A DNA stretch of 64,000 nt from a virus, in IMG/VR virus record IMGVR_UViG_3300047444_000617, positions 46,249 to 110,248 of that record; one strand, 5' to 3'. Positions 1 to 8,564 of the stretch are shown here, in pieces; position 1 is the first letter of the stretch; each line of letters begins with the position of its first letter. The notes beneath the pieces are model-generated. The model saw only the letters and a list, made by a program, of their open reading frames with translations. It was not told the DNA's origin and did no database searches. The position numbers and the translations under genes are program-made.

Positions 1-261
1 CTCCTCGTAGACGCGGCGCTTGCGTGCGATGGCCTGCACGCGCAACTCCAGGCGCTTGGTCCACTCCGCCACTTCGGCGGGAGCGACTACGCCGATCTCG
101 CACTGGCGTAGCCACAGCACAGGGTCGAATCGCTCGCTGGTACCGGTGAGTGCGTCGGCGATGTCGAAGGCGAGGGCGCGGCGGGCGTCCCTGTCCACAT
201 CAGAGTCGGCGATGGCTGCCGACAAGGTCTCGTAGTCGCCTCGGTTCATACCGCTGGCCAT
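1..261 (-). CDS. hypothetical protein (3' end outside window)
   Basis: ATG at 261 after AGGAGG RBS; MASGMNRGDYETLSAAIADS..., open to window edge. Confidence 0.7.
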   Translation of the reverse strand, partial: MASGMNRGDYETLSAAIADSDVDRDARRALAFDIADALTGTSERFDPVLWLRQCEIGVVAPAEVAEWTKRLELRVQAIARKRRVYEE

Positions 262-360
262 GATCTACCTCCTGGTGTGGGGTGCGTTTGCGTGGAGAGT
301 ACTACGGGCCACCTGACCGTGTTGCAGTGGTCAGGTGGCCCGCTGGGGGTGCTGGAAGGG

Positions 361-1218
361 TCAGGCGGCGATGCCCGTGCGCTGGCCGCCGATGGCCTTG
401 TTGCTGCCCAGACGGGCGGAGCGGGCAGCGTCGTCACCGGCGGAGCGCGCGCTGTAACTGGTCGACGACGTCGGCTTGTAGCCCTTCCAAGAACCCCTGG
501 CGGTGGAGTGCTCGGTGTAGTAGCCGTTGATCTCCGCCTTCTTGTCCATCAGGACCAGCTCGGCGGACACCTTGACCTCCTGGGCGGTGCCGTCGGCCGC
601 CTCCTCGTGGATGGTGACGGTGGAGTTCTTGGCCGCCTTCAGTGCCTCCTCGCGGGCCTCGCGCAGCCGGTAGGCGATGCGCTGGGTGAAGGAGTCGTAG
701 AAGTTGGCGCGGGCGGTGCGTCCGTCCACCGGCCGCTCCTCGTAATCCGTGTAGACGTCGCCCCAGTAGTCGCGCTTCTTCACCGCGCGGCTGACCGTCT
801 CCTTCTTGTACTCGCCCTTCTTCAGCCACGCGGTGGCGGCCTCGGTCATCTGGAAGAGCAGGGAGGCGTACAGCACCTCGACGACCTCGATGTCGGAGGG
901 CATGCCGAACGCGATGACGTAGGTGGAGTTCTGGGCGATGTTGATCGTCAGGTCGTTGTTGCGTGAGACGGCGTGGAAGAGGTTGACGAGCCGGGCGTTG
1001 TTGTTCTTGCGGACCTGCCCGATGGTGATCGTCTTGTGGGTAGGCTGCTCGCGCTGCTCCTTCTTCGCCGTGTGGCGCCGGGCAACGGCCAGGTCGATGC
1101 TGGTCTGCGTGGCGAGGGCCTGCGCCTTCCTCATGGCCGCGTCGGCTTCCTCGGGGGTGCCCGCGTTCTCGGCCTGGTTGAGGATCTTGGCCAGCTTGTC
1201 GAGCATGCGGTCGCTCAT
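361..1218 (-). CDS. DUF2786 domain protein (Rv0184-like)
   Basis: N-terminal LDKLAKILNQAE...EEADAAMRKAQAL pattern; strong RBS. Confidence 0.8.
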   Translation of the reverse strand: MSDRMLDKLAKILNQAENAGTPEEADAAMRKAQALATQTSIDLAVARRHTAKKEQREQPTHKTITIGQVRKNNNARLVNLFHAVSRNNDLTINIAQNSTYVIAFGMPSDIEVVEVLYASLLFQMTEAATAWLKKGEYKKETVSRAVKKRDYWGDVYTDYEERPVDGRTARANFYDSFTQRIAYRLREAREEALKAAKNSTVTIHEEAADGTAQEVKVSAELVLMDKKAEINGYYTEHSTARGSWKGYKPTSSTSYSARSAGDDAARSARLGSNKAIGGQRTGIAA

Positions 1219-1258
1219 TGGGTGCTCCTCCTGGTGTGGGGGCTTAGTGGTGAGTGGA

Positions 1259-1693
1259 TCAGGCTTCGACGTGCTCGTGGATGTCGAGCAGGTTCTCCGG
1301 GAGGGTCTCGGTGTACTTCACCCTCGGCGCACCCTTCCTGGCGTCGTCCCAGTTGCTGGAAGCGGTGGAGAACGACCTGCGCTCGAAGAGGGTCACCAGG
1401 CGCTCGCGGAGGACTTTGGTGCCCGCCGCGCCCTCGTTGCGACTGACGAGTTTCTGGGCCTCGTAGTAGTCCATGTGGCGGGCCAGCTCGGCGATGACGT
1501 CCACCCGGTTCATGGCCTGCACGCGAGCCCGGTAGCCCGGGGCCTTCTCGGTCTGCATGTCCTTGAGGGCGTTGCGTACTGCGCGCGTGTGGGCGTTGCC
1601 GAGCTGCTGCTGCGTGCGCTTGCCCTGCTCGGTTCGGATGACCCGCTCTTCGCCACATACGCGGATCGTGGTCTCGCGGTAGTTCCTGTCCAC
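1259..1693 (-). CDS. hypothetical protein
   Basis: ORF with repeated RBS cassette and upstream promoter. Confidence 0.7.
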   Translation of the reverse strand: MDRNYRETTIRVCGEERVIRTEQGKRTQQQLGNAHTRAVRNALKDMQTEKAPGYRARVQAMNRVDVIAELARHMDYYEAQKLVSRNEGAAGTKVLRERLVTLFERRSFSTASSNWDDARKGAPRVKYTETLPENLLDIHEHVEA

Positions 1694-1735
1694 GGGGACC
1701 GCTCCTCCTGGTGTGGGGGCTGGCTGATGAGGACG

Positions 1736-1765
1736 AATCTACGGGTCACTCTTACCGATTGTCAA
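1736..1765 (-). promoter_or_regulatory. sigma70/HrdB-type promoter TTGACA-18-TAGATT
   Basis: -35 at 1760-1765, -10 at 1736-1741; AATCGGTAA in spacer. Confidence 0.75.
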
Positions 1766-1779
1766 GCGGTATCGCCAAA

Positions 1780-2115
1780 TTACTTTCTGGGCTGTCCACC
1801 GCTGGGGATGCTGATCACGCGCTTGCCCCGGCGGTGGTCGAACCGCATCTCCTTGGCCCGGTCGGCAGCGATCTCGTCGTAGATCTCGTTCACCGCCTTG
1901 ACGGCGTCATTGATGGTGGTGAACGGCCCGCCGGTGCGCTCGGTCAGCCGAGGGGTGTGCAGGTCGAAGTACCAGCCGACGTCCTCGGCCGTGATGTCAT
2001 CCTCGGTGGGGTTCTCGACGACCTGGTCGGCAGTGACGCGCCAGATGGCCCCGAGGCGCCCGAACTCATCGGTGGGGTAGATGATGCCTTCGCCGCCGAC
2101 CTTGAGGGTGAGCAT
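1780..2115 (-). CDS. hypothetical protein
   Basis: ORF with AGGAG RBS. Confidence 0.7.
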   Translation of the reverse strand: MLTLKVGGEGIIYPTDEFGRLGAIWRVTADQVVENPTEDDITAEDVGWYFDLHTPRLTERTGGPFTTINDAVKAVNEIYDEIAADRAKEMRFDHRRGKRVISIPSGGQPRK

Positions 2116-2157
2116 GGGGTGTTCTCCTGTCCAGAGGGTGGTAAGCGGTACTTGCGG

Positions 2158-2370
2158 TCAGCCGTGGTGCTTCAGTGCGTCCATGGCGGCCTGGGCGTCC
2201 TTGAACGCGCTGTTTCGGATGGTCTTGATGACCTCCCACACGAAGAGGTCGTCGGGGTCGACGGGGAACATATCGTCGGTGACTGCCTTATCCCGCAGGC
2301 CCGCATTGATCAGGCGCGCGACGGCGTTGCGCAGCCGGGCCTCGCGGTTCGGATCCATGGGTGCGGTCAT
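2158..2370 (-). CDS. hypothetical protein
   Basis: short ORF following the metallohydrolase; start uncertain (2370 or 2385). Confidence 0.55.
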   Translation of the reverse strand: MTAPMDPNREARLRNAVARLINAGLRDKAVTDDMFPVDPDDLFVWEVIKTIRNSAFKDAQAAMDALKHHG

Positions 2371-2381
2371 GGTGCGGCCTT

Positions 2382-2900
2382 TCATATGTTGGCGAGGGCG
2401 CCGAACGAGACACCGTGGCGGGTGAAGGAGTCGGTCAGTAGCAGACCGATCTCCGGCCCCATGACCTCGCGCACCATGTGCAGGAAGGTGCTGGCGAACA
2501 CGGCGTCGTGATGCTCTCCGCGCGGCGCGAGGTGGTGGCTCAACTCGTGCAGGATTACCAGTTCCCGCATAGCCCAGGATGACTCACCCGGCTTGTGGTC
2601 GGGGATGGCGAACACCTGGCCCAGCGACTCGTAGTGGGCGAACCGGTCGCCCTTGCGCTGGCGGACGCGGACAGGCAGGACAGTGCGCTCCGGCCAGGTA
2701 CTGCGGACCCAGTTCAGGGCCAGCACGGCGTCGATGTAGCGCTGGATGCTGTCCAGGTCGCCGAACTTGCGCTCCCGGGGAACGAGGAGGCTGGATCCGT
2801 AGAAGTCGAAGGTGGGGACGTCGACACCGGCGAGGGAGTCGAGCGTGCGGCGGACCATCTTCTCGGCCTCGTAGACCTTGGACTTCTGGTTGTCGCGCAC
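2382..2900 (-). CDS. HEXXH metallohydrolase, TIGR04338/Rv0185-like
   Basis: RDNQKSKVYEAE N-terminus; LVILHELSHH...HH..F zinc motif. Confidence 0.8.
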   Translation of the reverse strand: MRDNQKSKVYEAEKMVRRTLDSLAGVDVPTFDFYGSSLLVPRERKFGDLDSIQRYIDAVLALNWVRSTWPERTVLPVRVRQRKGDRFAHYESLGQVFAIPDHKPGESSWAMRELVILHELSHHLAPRGEHHDAVFASTFLHMVREVMGPEIGLLLTDSFTRHGVSFGALANI

Positions 2901-2902
2901 CG

Positions 2903-3253
2903 TCAGGACTCCTTGCCAGTGAGAGCAAAGATGACCTTGCGCTTGGCCTCGGCGTAACCGAGCTTGAAGCCCTGCTCCTTGGCCGCGTTGACCAGGTTCT
3001 CGGTGTGGGAGCGGGCGCCGCGCTCGGAGGTGCCACTACCCATGATCAGGACGATGTTGTCGGAGATCTCGTACTCCAGTGGACGGCGAGGGTGCTCGAT
3101 GACGGGGCCCTTGTCGCGGCCCGCGTTGTAGATGCCGTCCAGGGCGCGGCGCAGGTCGTCAATGTTCAGGTCCGCTCCCTGGCCGACCAGCTCGATGACG
3201 GCCGCGTACTTCTTCTCAAGGGCAAGGTAGTCGCGGACGCTGTTATCGGTCAT
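2903..3253 (-). CDS. hypothetical protein
   Basis: ORF with repeated RBS cassette and upstream promoter. Confidence 0.7.
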   Translation of the reverse strand: MTDNSVRDYLALEKKYAAVIELVGQGADLNIDDLRRALDGIYNAGRDKGPVIEHPRRPLEYEISDNIVLIMGSGTSERGARSHTENLVNAAKEQGFKLGYAEAKRKVIFALTGKES

Positions 3254-3298
3254 GGTGTGCTCCTCCTGGTGTGGGGGCTGGTCTTGGTGACGAGAGAT

Positions 3299-3326
3299 AC
3301 GGTACTCAGGAATCGGTAGCTGTCAA
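3299..3326 (-). promoter_or_regulatory. sigma70-type promoter TTGACA-16-TACCGT
   Basis: -35 at 3321-3326; flank TGTCAAGCSGTATC shared with the 1760 promoter. Confidence 0.6.
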
Positions 3327-3344
3327 GCCGTATCCCAAAGAGAC

Positions 3345-3378
3345 AGGCCGCGAGCCGCTGACATGCGACTCACGGCCT
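3345..3378 (-). terminator. intrinsic terminator-like hairpin
   Basis: AGGCCGCGAG...CTCACGGCCT imperfect inverted repeat after the 3396 stop. Confidence 0.55.
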
Positions 3379-3395
3379 GGGGGAGGCTGCAGGAA

Positions 3396-3785
3396 TTACT
3401 TCGTGGCGGTCGGAGTTACGTCCGTCGTGTCCTTCGGGCACGGAATGGTCACGTGCGCGGAGTGGGTGTACTTGAGTCCGTTCACGACCGCGTAAGGCGT
3501 GTCCGTGGATGTGGGCGCCGGGGACGGACCGACCACGAAAGTCACCTTGCACAATCCGCCGGGATTCTGCGTCGCAGGTGCCTTTACGTACTTGATGACC
3601 GTGCGCGTAGGTTCCGGCGAGACGTCCGAAGAGAAATCCGATACGGATCTGGTGGTCTCCTGTACAGAAATTCCGATATGAAGTCCGCCAGAAGTCTGGT
3701 TCGGAATGCTAGCGATTCCGACTGCGGGAATGGCGACGAGAACTGCTGCGGCTGCTGCGGCCTTCAGGCCGTGGGGTATGGGCAT
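3396..3785 (-). CDS. secreted/membrane-anchored protein
   Basis: signal-peptide-like KAAAAAAVLVAIPAVGIA; S/T/P-rich; start likely MPIPHG at 3785. Confidence 0.6.
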   Translation of the reverse strand: MPIPHGLKAAAAAAVLVAIPAVGIASIPNQTSGGLHIGISVQETTRSVSDFSSDVSPEPTRTVIKYVKAPATQNPGGLCKVTFVVGPSPAPTSTDTPYAVVNGLKYTHSAHVTIPCPKDTTDVTPTATK

Positions 3786-3835
3786 AATCCGACTCCAATA
3801 TCCTGCGGAAGAGTGAGAGGTACCTGCGGTATTTT

Positions 3836-3991
3836 CTACCCGCCGAGAAGCACCGTACCGAAGCCGTCGCAGTGCACGCAGTCGGCCCTGTCGCGGTCCT
3901 CCCCCGTGCCGTGGCACCGCTTGCACTCGACCTCGACGTCAGCGTCCTCGTCGCTGTCGGCGGAAGACACTGCATTCACGTACGTGCTCAT
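3836..3991 (-). CDS. small DnaJ-type zinc-finger protein (51 aa, not in ORF track)
   Basis: MSTYVNAVSS...CKRCHGTG...CVHCDGFG, two CxxCxGxG repeats. Confidence 0.7.
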   Translation of the reverse strand: MSTYVNAVSSADSDEDADVEVECKRCHGTGEDRDRADCVHCDGFGTVLLGG

Positions 3992-4000
3992 GAGAAGTAC

Positions 4001-5542
4001 TTACTCTCCCTGTTCGTTGAAGAAAGTTGGTACATCGACGACCTCAGCGTCGATGAATCCGCTCGACTGCTCGATCATCCGGTCCGCTGACATCGGACGG
4101 TCGAGCGTTGTCATCTGCTCCCCCGCGTCCCGCCCGAAGATCCGGCTGATCATCCCCGCCTGGGCGCCGTTCCCCTTGGCTTCCAGTTTCACGGAGAAGC
4201 CCTCCTGCTCCAGTTCGGTCTTGACCTTGACCAGTTTCTGAAGCCGGTCGATCTCGCCGGACAGGTTCGGATCCGCGTATCCGCCGGTCATGTCCTCGAC
4301 CATCTTCATGAAGAGCACCCGCTGCGCCTGCATCTCGATGAGCGAGTTCTGCAGCGACTGCATCTGCTGCTTGCTCTTCACCTGTACCGGGATGTCGTAC
4401 GCGCAGTTGCTGTGCTGGTCGTACGCCGGGCACTTCGAGGACAGGAAGCAGGAGGAGCACTGCCGCATGGACTGGCTGCGCACCGTGACCAGGGGGACGT
4501 CACGTTCCTTGTTGAGCCCGTCCTCGGGGTCGGTGTAGGTCTCCTTCTCCTGCACCAGGCCGATGACCGGCAAGTTGGTACGCGGCCGGTCCTTCCTGGG
4601 CATGGGAGTTGATACGCCGTTGAGCGGTTCGGAGTCCGCCGTACCAACTTCACCCCCCTGCAATTGAGCGAAACCGGAAAGTAGCCCGGAGGGGGAGGTA
4701 GTAACTGCTTCGGGTGAGTTCGGGCGGTGCTGCTCGATGGAGGCCGCCAACTGCTGCCACGACCAGATGGTGAAGCGCAGGACCTCGTCGTTGTCGCCGT
4801 CCTCGATCTTGTCGGCGTCGAAGCCCGCTTCTATGAATAGCGTGCGGTGCCTCTTTCGTGCCTGCTCCTTGTACTTCTTCGGGTAGCGCTTCAATTCCCG
4901 GCCGGTCCACACAATGGTGTCCCCGTATTGGCTGGGGGAAAGCCAGGAGGTCGACGCCACGCTGTCCCAGGTGACGGCTGCCATTTCCGCTGGCTTCGTC
5001 ATGGCGACGCCGTGGAGCAGCGTGCCGTATTTCCTGGTGATCTCGTTGAGGACCGGTGTGAGATTCCGTCCGTCGAGATCCGTCTGGGTAACTCCGACGC
5101 GCTTGTATCGCTGGGCGAGGCGGTCGAGTTCTTCGACTCCCCATTCCGCGTGCCATATGGGAAGGAATTTGTCTTCCGGGATGTCCTCCCAGAAGTCCTC
5201 CCGCATTGCGGCTATCCATTCGCGTCCGAGAACGACCGCGTCGAACTCGGACACCATATGAAGCGAGTCGATGTTCTGCTGGACGAACGCCATGTAGTGC
5301 GCGGCGATTTCCTTCAGTTCAGCGACGGAGTACTTGTCGTCCTCGGCCTTGTTCACCGTGTAGGCGCCGGAGTCCAGGAACACCTTCTGGTTGGGCAGGT
5401 AGTGGTCCTGGATCAGCCAGGGCCTGGAGAACTTGGTGCGTCGCCGCAGCCCCATGTACGACAAGGAGACGTTCTCCACGCCTTCCTCGGCCAGCATCTT
5501 CCGCCAGCCTGGAATCTCAGAGCCTCCCAGAAAGAGGTGCAC
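4001..5542 (-). CDS. TGT/DpdA-like TIM-barrel protein with C-terminal Cys-rich domain
   Basis: FLDSGAYT, LPIWH, LHG, DSVASTSW motifs; CxxC-x5-C-x8-C cluster. Confidence 0.5.
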   Translation of the reverse strand: MHLFLGGSEIPGWRKMLAEEGVENVSLSYMGLRRRTKFSRPWLIQDHYLPNQKVFLDSGAYTVNKAEDDKYSVAELKEIAAHYMAFVQQNIDSLHMVSEFDAVVLGREWIAAMREDFWEDIPEDKFLPIWHAEWGVEELDRLAQRYKRVGVTQTDLDGRNLTPVLNEITRKYGTLLHGVAMTKPAEMAAVTWDSVASTSWLSPSQYGDTIVWTGRELKRYPKKYKEQARKRHRTLFIEAGFDADKIEDGDNDEVLRFTIWSWQQLAASIEQHRPNSPEAVTTSPSGLLSGFAQLQGGEVGTADSEPLNGVSTPMPRKDRPRTNLPVIGLVQEKETYTDPEDGLNKERDVPLVTVRSQSMRQCSSCFLSSKCPAYDQHSNCAYDIPVQVKSKQQMQSLQNSLIEMQAQRVLFMKMVEDMTGGYADPNLSGEIDRLQKLVKVKTELEQEGFSVKLEAKGNGAQAGMISRIFGRDAGEQMTTLDRPMSADRMIEQSSGFIDAEVVDVPTFFNEQGE

Positions 5543-5605
5543 GGTTGGTTTCTCCGAATCTTGTTCGTTGGTCCGGCAAGCCTATCCATTCAAGGCCTTT
5601 GCCTA

Positions 5606-6286
5606 TTACTTCTTGAGCGGCTTGACGGCGCTCGCGGGGAACAGGCCGGGCTGGGTGACGCGCGGCTTGCGGGCGGCCGTCGACTTCGGCTTGACCGCCT
5701 TGGGGCCCTCGCTGGCGGCCAGACCGAACTGCTGTGGGGCGCGGACCTGGCTCGGGCCGAACAGACCCTTCTGCACGGCGCGCTGCGGCGCCTTGGGAGC
5801 AGCCGGTGCCGGAGCCGACGGCTTGGCGGGGGCGGAGTACGGCTTGTCGAACTCGCGCAGGTCCTGCACCTGCGAGGGGTGCGGGGCGGCCATCGGTGCG
5901 CTGGTGTGGGTGCTCGGCCGGTTGAAGGCGTTGTGGAAGTCCTCCCACGCGCCGCCCGACGGCTTGCTCTGCGCCTGGATGGAGTCCATCCGGGCGTTGA
6001 AAGTATGAAGGAGGTCGGAGGCTGCGGCGCTGTGCTTGGCCTGCCAGGTGTCGGCGGAGCGGCTGAACGACTTGCCGACCTTCTGCACGTCGCCGCTGGG
6101 GGTCGAGGAGGGGGCCTGGGTGGGCGCCGGGGAACCCTTCGGGCCCGGTCGGCGGCTGGGGGTCCTGGCAGGGTTCTCCAGGGCGCTCAGGCGGTCCTCG
6201 ACGGAGCGCTTGCCGTGGAACTGCAGCGGGTGCAGGTAGCGGTCGCGGAACTGGGTGGCTATGGAGTGGAAAGCGAAGGCGCTCAT
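5606..6286 (-). CDS. hypothetical basic P/A/K-rich protein
   Basis: start MSAFAF overlaps upstream stop (ATGA). Confidence 0.65.
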   Translation of the reverse strand: MSAFAFHSIATQFRDRYLHPLQFHGKRSVEDRLSALENPARTPSRRPGPKGSPAPTQAPSSTPSGDVQKVGKSFSRSADTWQAKHSAAASDLLHTFNARMDSIQAQSKPSGGAWEDFHNAFNRPSTHTSAPMAAPHPSQVQDLREFDKPYSAPAKPSAPAPAAPKAPQRAVQKGLFGPSQVRAPQQFGLAASEGPKAVKPKSTAARKPRVTQPGLFPASAVKPLKK

Positions 6287-6582
6287 GGTCGGGTGTCCCT
6301 CCGGACGAAGTAGAGGTAGCGGTGTCCGGCCAGGAAGGAGGCGAGGAAACCGACGTTGATCAGTGACCGCGCCGAGGTGGCTGAGGTCAGGAAGACCGCC
6401 GTGAAGGCGACGACGTTGGCGCTGTAGACGAACAAGGTGGCGGCCAGCCACTTCTCCGCCCGGCCCAGCCGGTACCAGACGGGGAGGTTCGCGCGCAGCA
6501 GCAGTGCCGCGAAGGACGCGCCGGTCAGGACGGCGAGGATGCGTGCGATGGCGATGACGACGAGGTATCCGTAGGTGCTCAA
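6283..6582 (-). CDS. small 3-TM membrane protein
   Basis: TTG start overlapping upstream stop; three hydrophobic segments. Confidence 0.65.
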   Translation of the reverse strand: MSTYGYLVVIAIARILAVLTGASFAALLLRANLPVWYRLGRAEKWLAATLFVYSANVVAFTAVFLTSATSARSLINVGFLASFLAGHRYLYFVRRDTRP

Positions 6583-7073
6583 AGGATCTCCATGTGTGGG
6601 CGCTGGTCTTCTTCGCGCAGTGCTTGCTGACGCTCCACCTCCTCGCGCAGTACCGACCAGGGGGTGACGGTTTCCTTGTAGTCGGGCCGGAACCTGGGGG
6701 ATGCGTAGTTGGGGTGGAGGTAGTTCAGGACCGCTACGCCGTGGGCCATCACGTGCGCGGCGATGGTGGGGTCCGGCTCGATCAGCAGCTCGACGCTGCA
6801 CCCGGCCTGGCGGAGACGGGAGATCTGCTGCATCCGGCGCTCTCCGGGGTCTTCGGGGTCGCGGAGTTTCGCAGGGGTGATGTAGGGGTGCTTGTTGAAG
6901 CCGTTGACCCGCAGCCAGTAGTTGACCGGCTCGATGTCGGTGTCGTCGGTGATCAGGGCGACCTTGTAGGTCTCCATCAGGCCCCAGTACAGGCGCTGGC
7001 CCTGGTGGATGACGGCCTGTCCGACCTCCTTGGCCAGTACCCCCTCGACGACAATGGCGACGGTGGCGGTCAC
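6579..7073 (-). CDS. HAD-fold protein with degenerate motif I
   Basis: VAIVVEGVLA resembles hhhDhDGVL; ALIT motif II; GTG start coupled to NTase stop. Confidence 0.5.
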   Translation of the reverse strand: MTATVAIVVEGVLAKEVGQAVIHQGQRLYWGLMETYKVALITDDTDIEPVNYWLRVNGFNKHPYITPAKLRDPEDPGERRMQQISRLRQAGCSVELLIEPDPTIAAHVMAHGVAVLNYLHPNYASPRFRPDYKETVTPWSVLREEVERQQALREEDQRPHMEIL

Positions 7074-8065
7074 TGGCCACCCCGGTAGGGGGTGTTCCAC
7101 AGGGCGGCCTTGGCAAGGGCGGTGGCTGCGTCCTCCAGGGGAGCGCCGTACAGGTCGATCTCCTGGGCGCTGCGGGCTTCGACGTCCATGCTGGCCAGCG
7201 TGTCCAGGGCCTGTACGGTCCCGGCCTCCTTGTGCGACTGCCACCGGAAGTTGGCGTAGTCGCCGTATCCCTCGCCGGTGGCGGTGAACGCCGCGCGTCG
7301 GCCGAGGTGTATGTCGTCGAACATGGCCTTGGCCTGCTGTACGACGATCTTCTGCGAGGACAGGGCGTTCTTCCAGCCCGGGGAGTTGTGGGTGAACGTG
7401 GCCGCCTGGGAGCGCAGCCGCTTGTACCGCTCGACCATGCGCCGCACGTCGAGGCGTTCGGCCTCGATGGCGTCCCGCCATTCCTTCGGGTACAGGCTGC
7501 GCGGGTCGTCCGGCAGCTCGGGCGGCCGGATGTCCCAGCGGTTGGCAGTGAGGTTGTAGGCGGCATAGGGGTGGATCGCCGCGATCGAGGACGCCGTGGT
7601 GCCGGGGTTGAGGTAGTAGGTGACCTCGTACGTCTGGCCGTGGAAGTCTGTTTGGGCGGTGTGGGGCCAGAGGTTCTTCTTGAGGTCGGAGTTGAGCAGG
7701 TCTGCGAATTCGCTCTCCGGCATCCCCTGGTAGGCCGGATTGGCCTGGCAGAACTTCGGGTAGTCGACGCCGAAGAGAACGTCGAGATCACCGTTTCCGC
7801 GATCTCCGGCCCACTGGTAGGAGATGCCGGATCCGGCCAGCCACACTCCGAGCCAGGAATTGCGCGCTCTGTACCGGGTGTCGAGGAATCCGCTCAGCAC
7901 GCCGAGTATGTGGTCGCGGACGTCGGGCTTGATCTGCTGCCCGTTGAAGATGTGCGGGTCCAGTCCGTGCTGGGGTGCGCTGAAATACCCGGAGGCGCCC
8001 GTATGAATGTCGGGCTGCTCTCTCTGGGCCACCGCGCGATTGAGATAGAACTCGTATCCGGCCAT
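7070..8065 (-). CDS. Pol-beta superfamily nucleotidyltransferase
   Basis: LAGSGISYQW...GDLDVLF (GS...DxD) motif; TAGAAT 7 nt before ATG suggests a leaderless mRNA. Confidence 0.7.
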   Translation of the reverse strand: MAGYEFYLNRAVAQREQPDIHTGASGYFSAPQHGLDPHIFNGQQIKPDVRDHILGVLSGFLDTRYRARNSWLGVWLAGSGISYQWAGDRGNGDLDVLFGVDYPKFCQANPAYQGMPESEFADLLNSDLKKNLWPHTAQTDFHGQTYEVTYYLNPGTTASSIAAIHPYAAYNLTANRWDIRPPELPDDPRSLYPKEWRDAIEAERLDVRRMVERYKRLRSQAATFTHNSPGWKNALSSQKIVVQQAKAMFDDIHLGRRAAFTATGEGYGDYANFRWQSHKEAGTVQALDTLASMDVEARSAQEIDLYGAPLEDAATALAKAALWNTPYRGGQ

Positions 8066-8090
8066 GACAACGATTCTAGCCGGAAATGGT

Positions 8091-8126
8091 AATCCCCCCG
8101 ATTCCGAGTGGGGAATCGAGGGGATT
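8091..8126 (-). terminator. intrinsic terminator hairpin
   Basis: AATCCCCCCGATTCC / GGAATCGAGGGGATT inverted repeat. Confidence 0.65.
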
Positions 8127-8143
8127 TCTAGTTGGTATTTCTC

Positions 8144-8530
8144 TTACATCTTGAGGGCGGCGCGGAGCCGGGCCTCCTCGGCCTGCCGCTGCATGGCGGC
8201 GCCCGCCATGATCATCTGCTGCTGGGTGCGCTGGGCGGTCTCCATGGCCTGGATGTCCTTCTGCACCACGGAGGCCGCACCGTAGATGTCGTCGAAGGTG
8301 GCGCCTCGGTCCAGCACCAGGTCGAGGGCGATGGCGAGGTTGGCGTCCGCCACGACGGCGCCGTCCTTGCCGACGACGACGAGGAACGCGGTGGTGACGC
8401 GGGTGCCCGTCTCCTCGGCGGTGGGCGGGTTGTCCTCGGCCATCTTGGCCAGGGCCTGCTTCTGCTCGTCGGTGAGGTCGGTATGAAGCGGGGTGCTGGT
8501 GGTCTGGCCGAGGATCGGGATGTCAGTCAT
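8144..8530 (-). CDS. hypothetical protein
   Basis: ORF with GGAG RBS. Confidence 0.7.
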   Translation of the reverse strand: MTDIPILGQTTSTPLHTDLTDEQKQALAKMAEDNPPTAEETGTRVTTAFLVVVGKDGAVVADANLAIALDLVLDRGATFDDIYGAASVVQKDIQAMETAQRTQQQMIMAGAAMQRQAEEARLRAALKM

Positions 8531-8564
8531 GTGATGCTCCAGGTTGGGTTCGGGTGGTACCGGG

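Larger units (their letters stand above)
268..3281 (-). repeat. repeated start-associated cassette (AG)CCCCCACACCAGGAGG(AG), 4 copies
   Basis: copies at 268-282, 1225-1244, 1702-1723, 3260-3281. Confidence 0.8.

Noticed and set aside
244-251. Reverse-orientation near-matches (GTTCATAC at 244 and 54693, TTTCATAT at 2380)
   Set aside because: Mismatch at the first base; explained by ordinary GGT ATG AAC-type coding
1954-1962. LHT as a protein-level motif
   Set aside because: An ordinary LHT here uses CTG CAC ACC; the enriched copies all fix CTT CAT, so the signal is nucleotide-level
1760-3327. TGTCAAG resembling the L5 stoperator core
   Set aside because: It is the reverse complement of the -35 box TTGACA; only two copies, both in promoters
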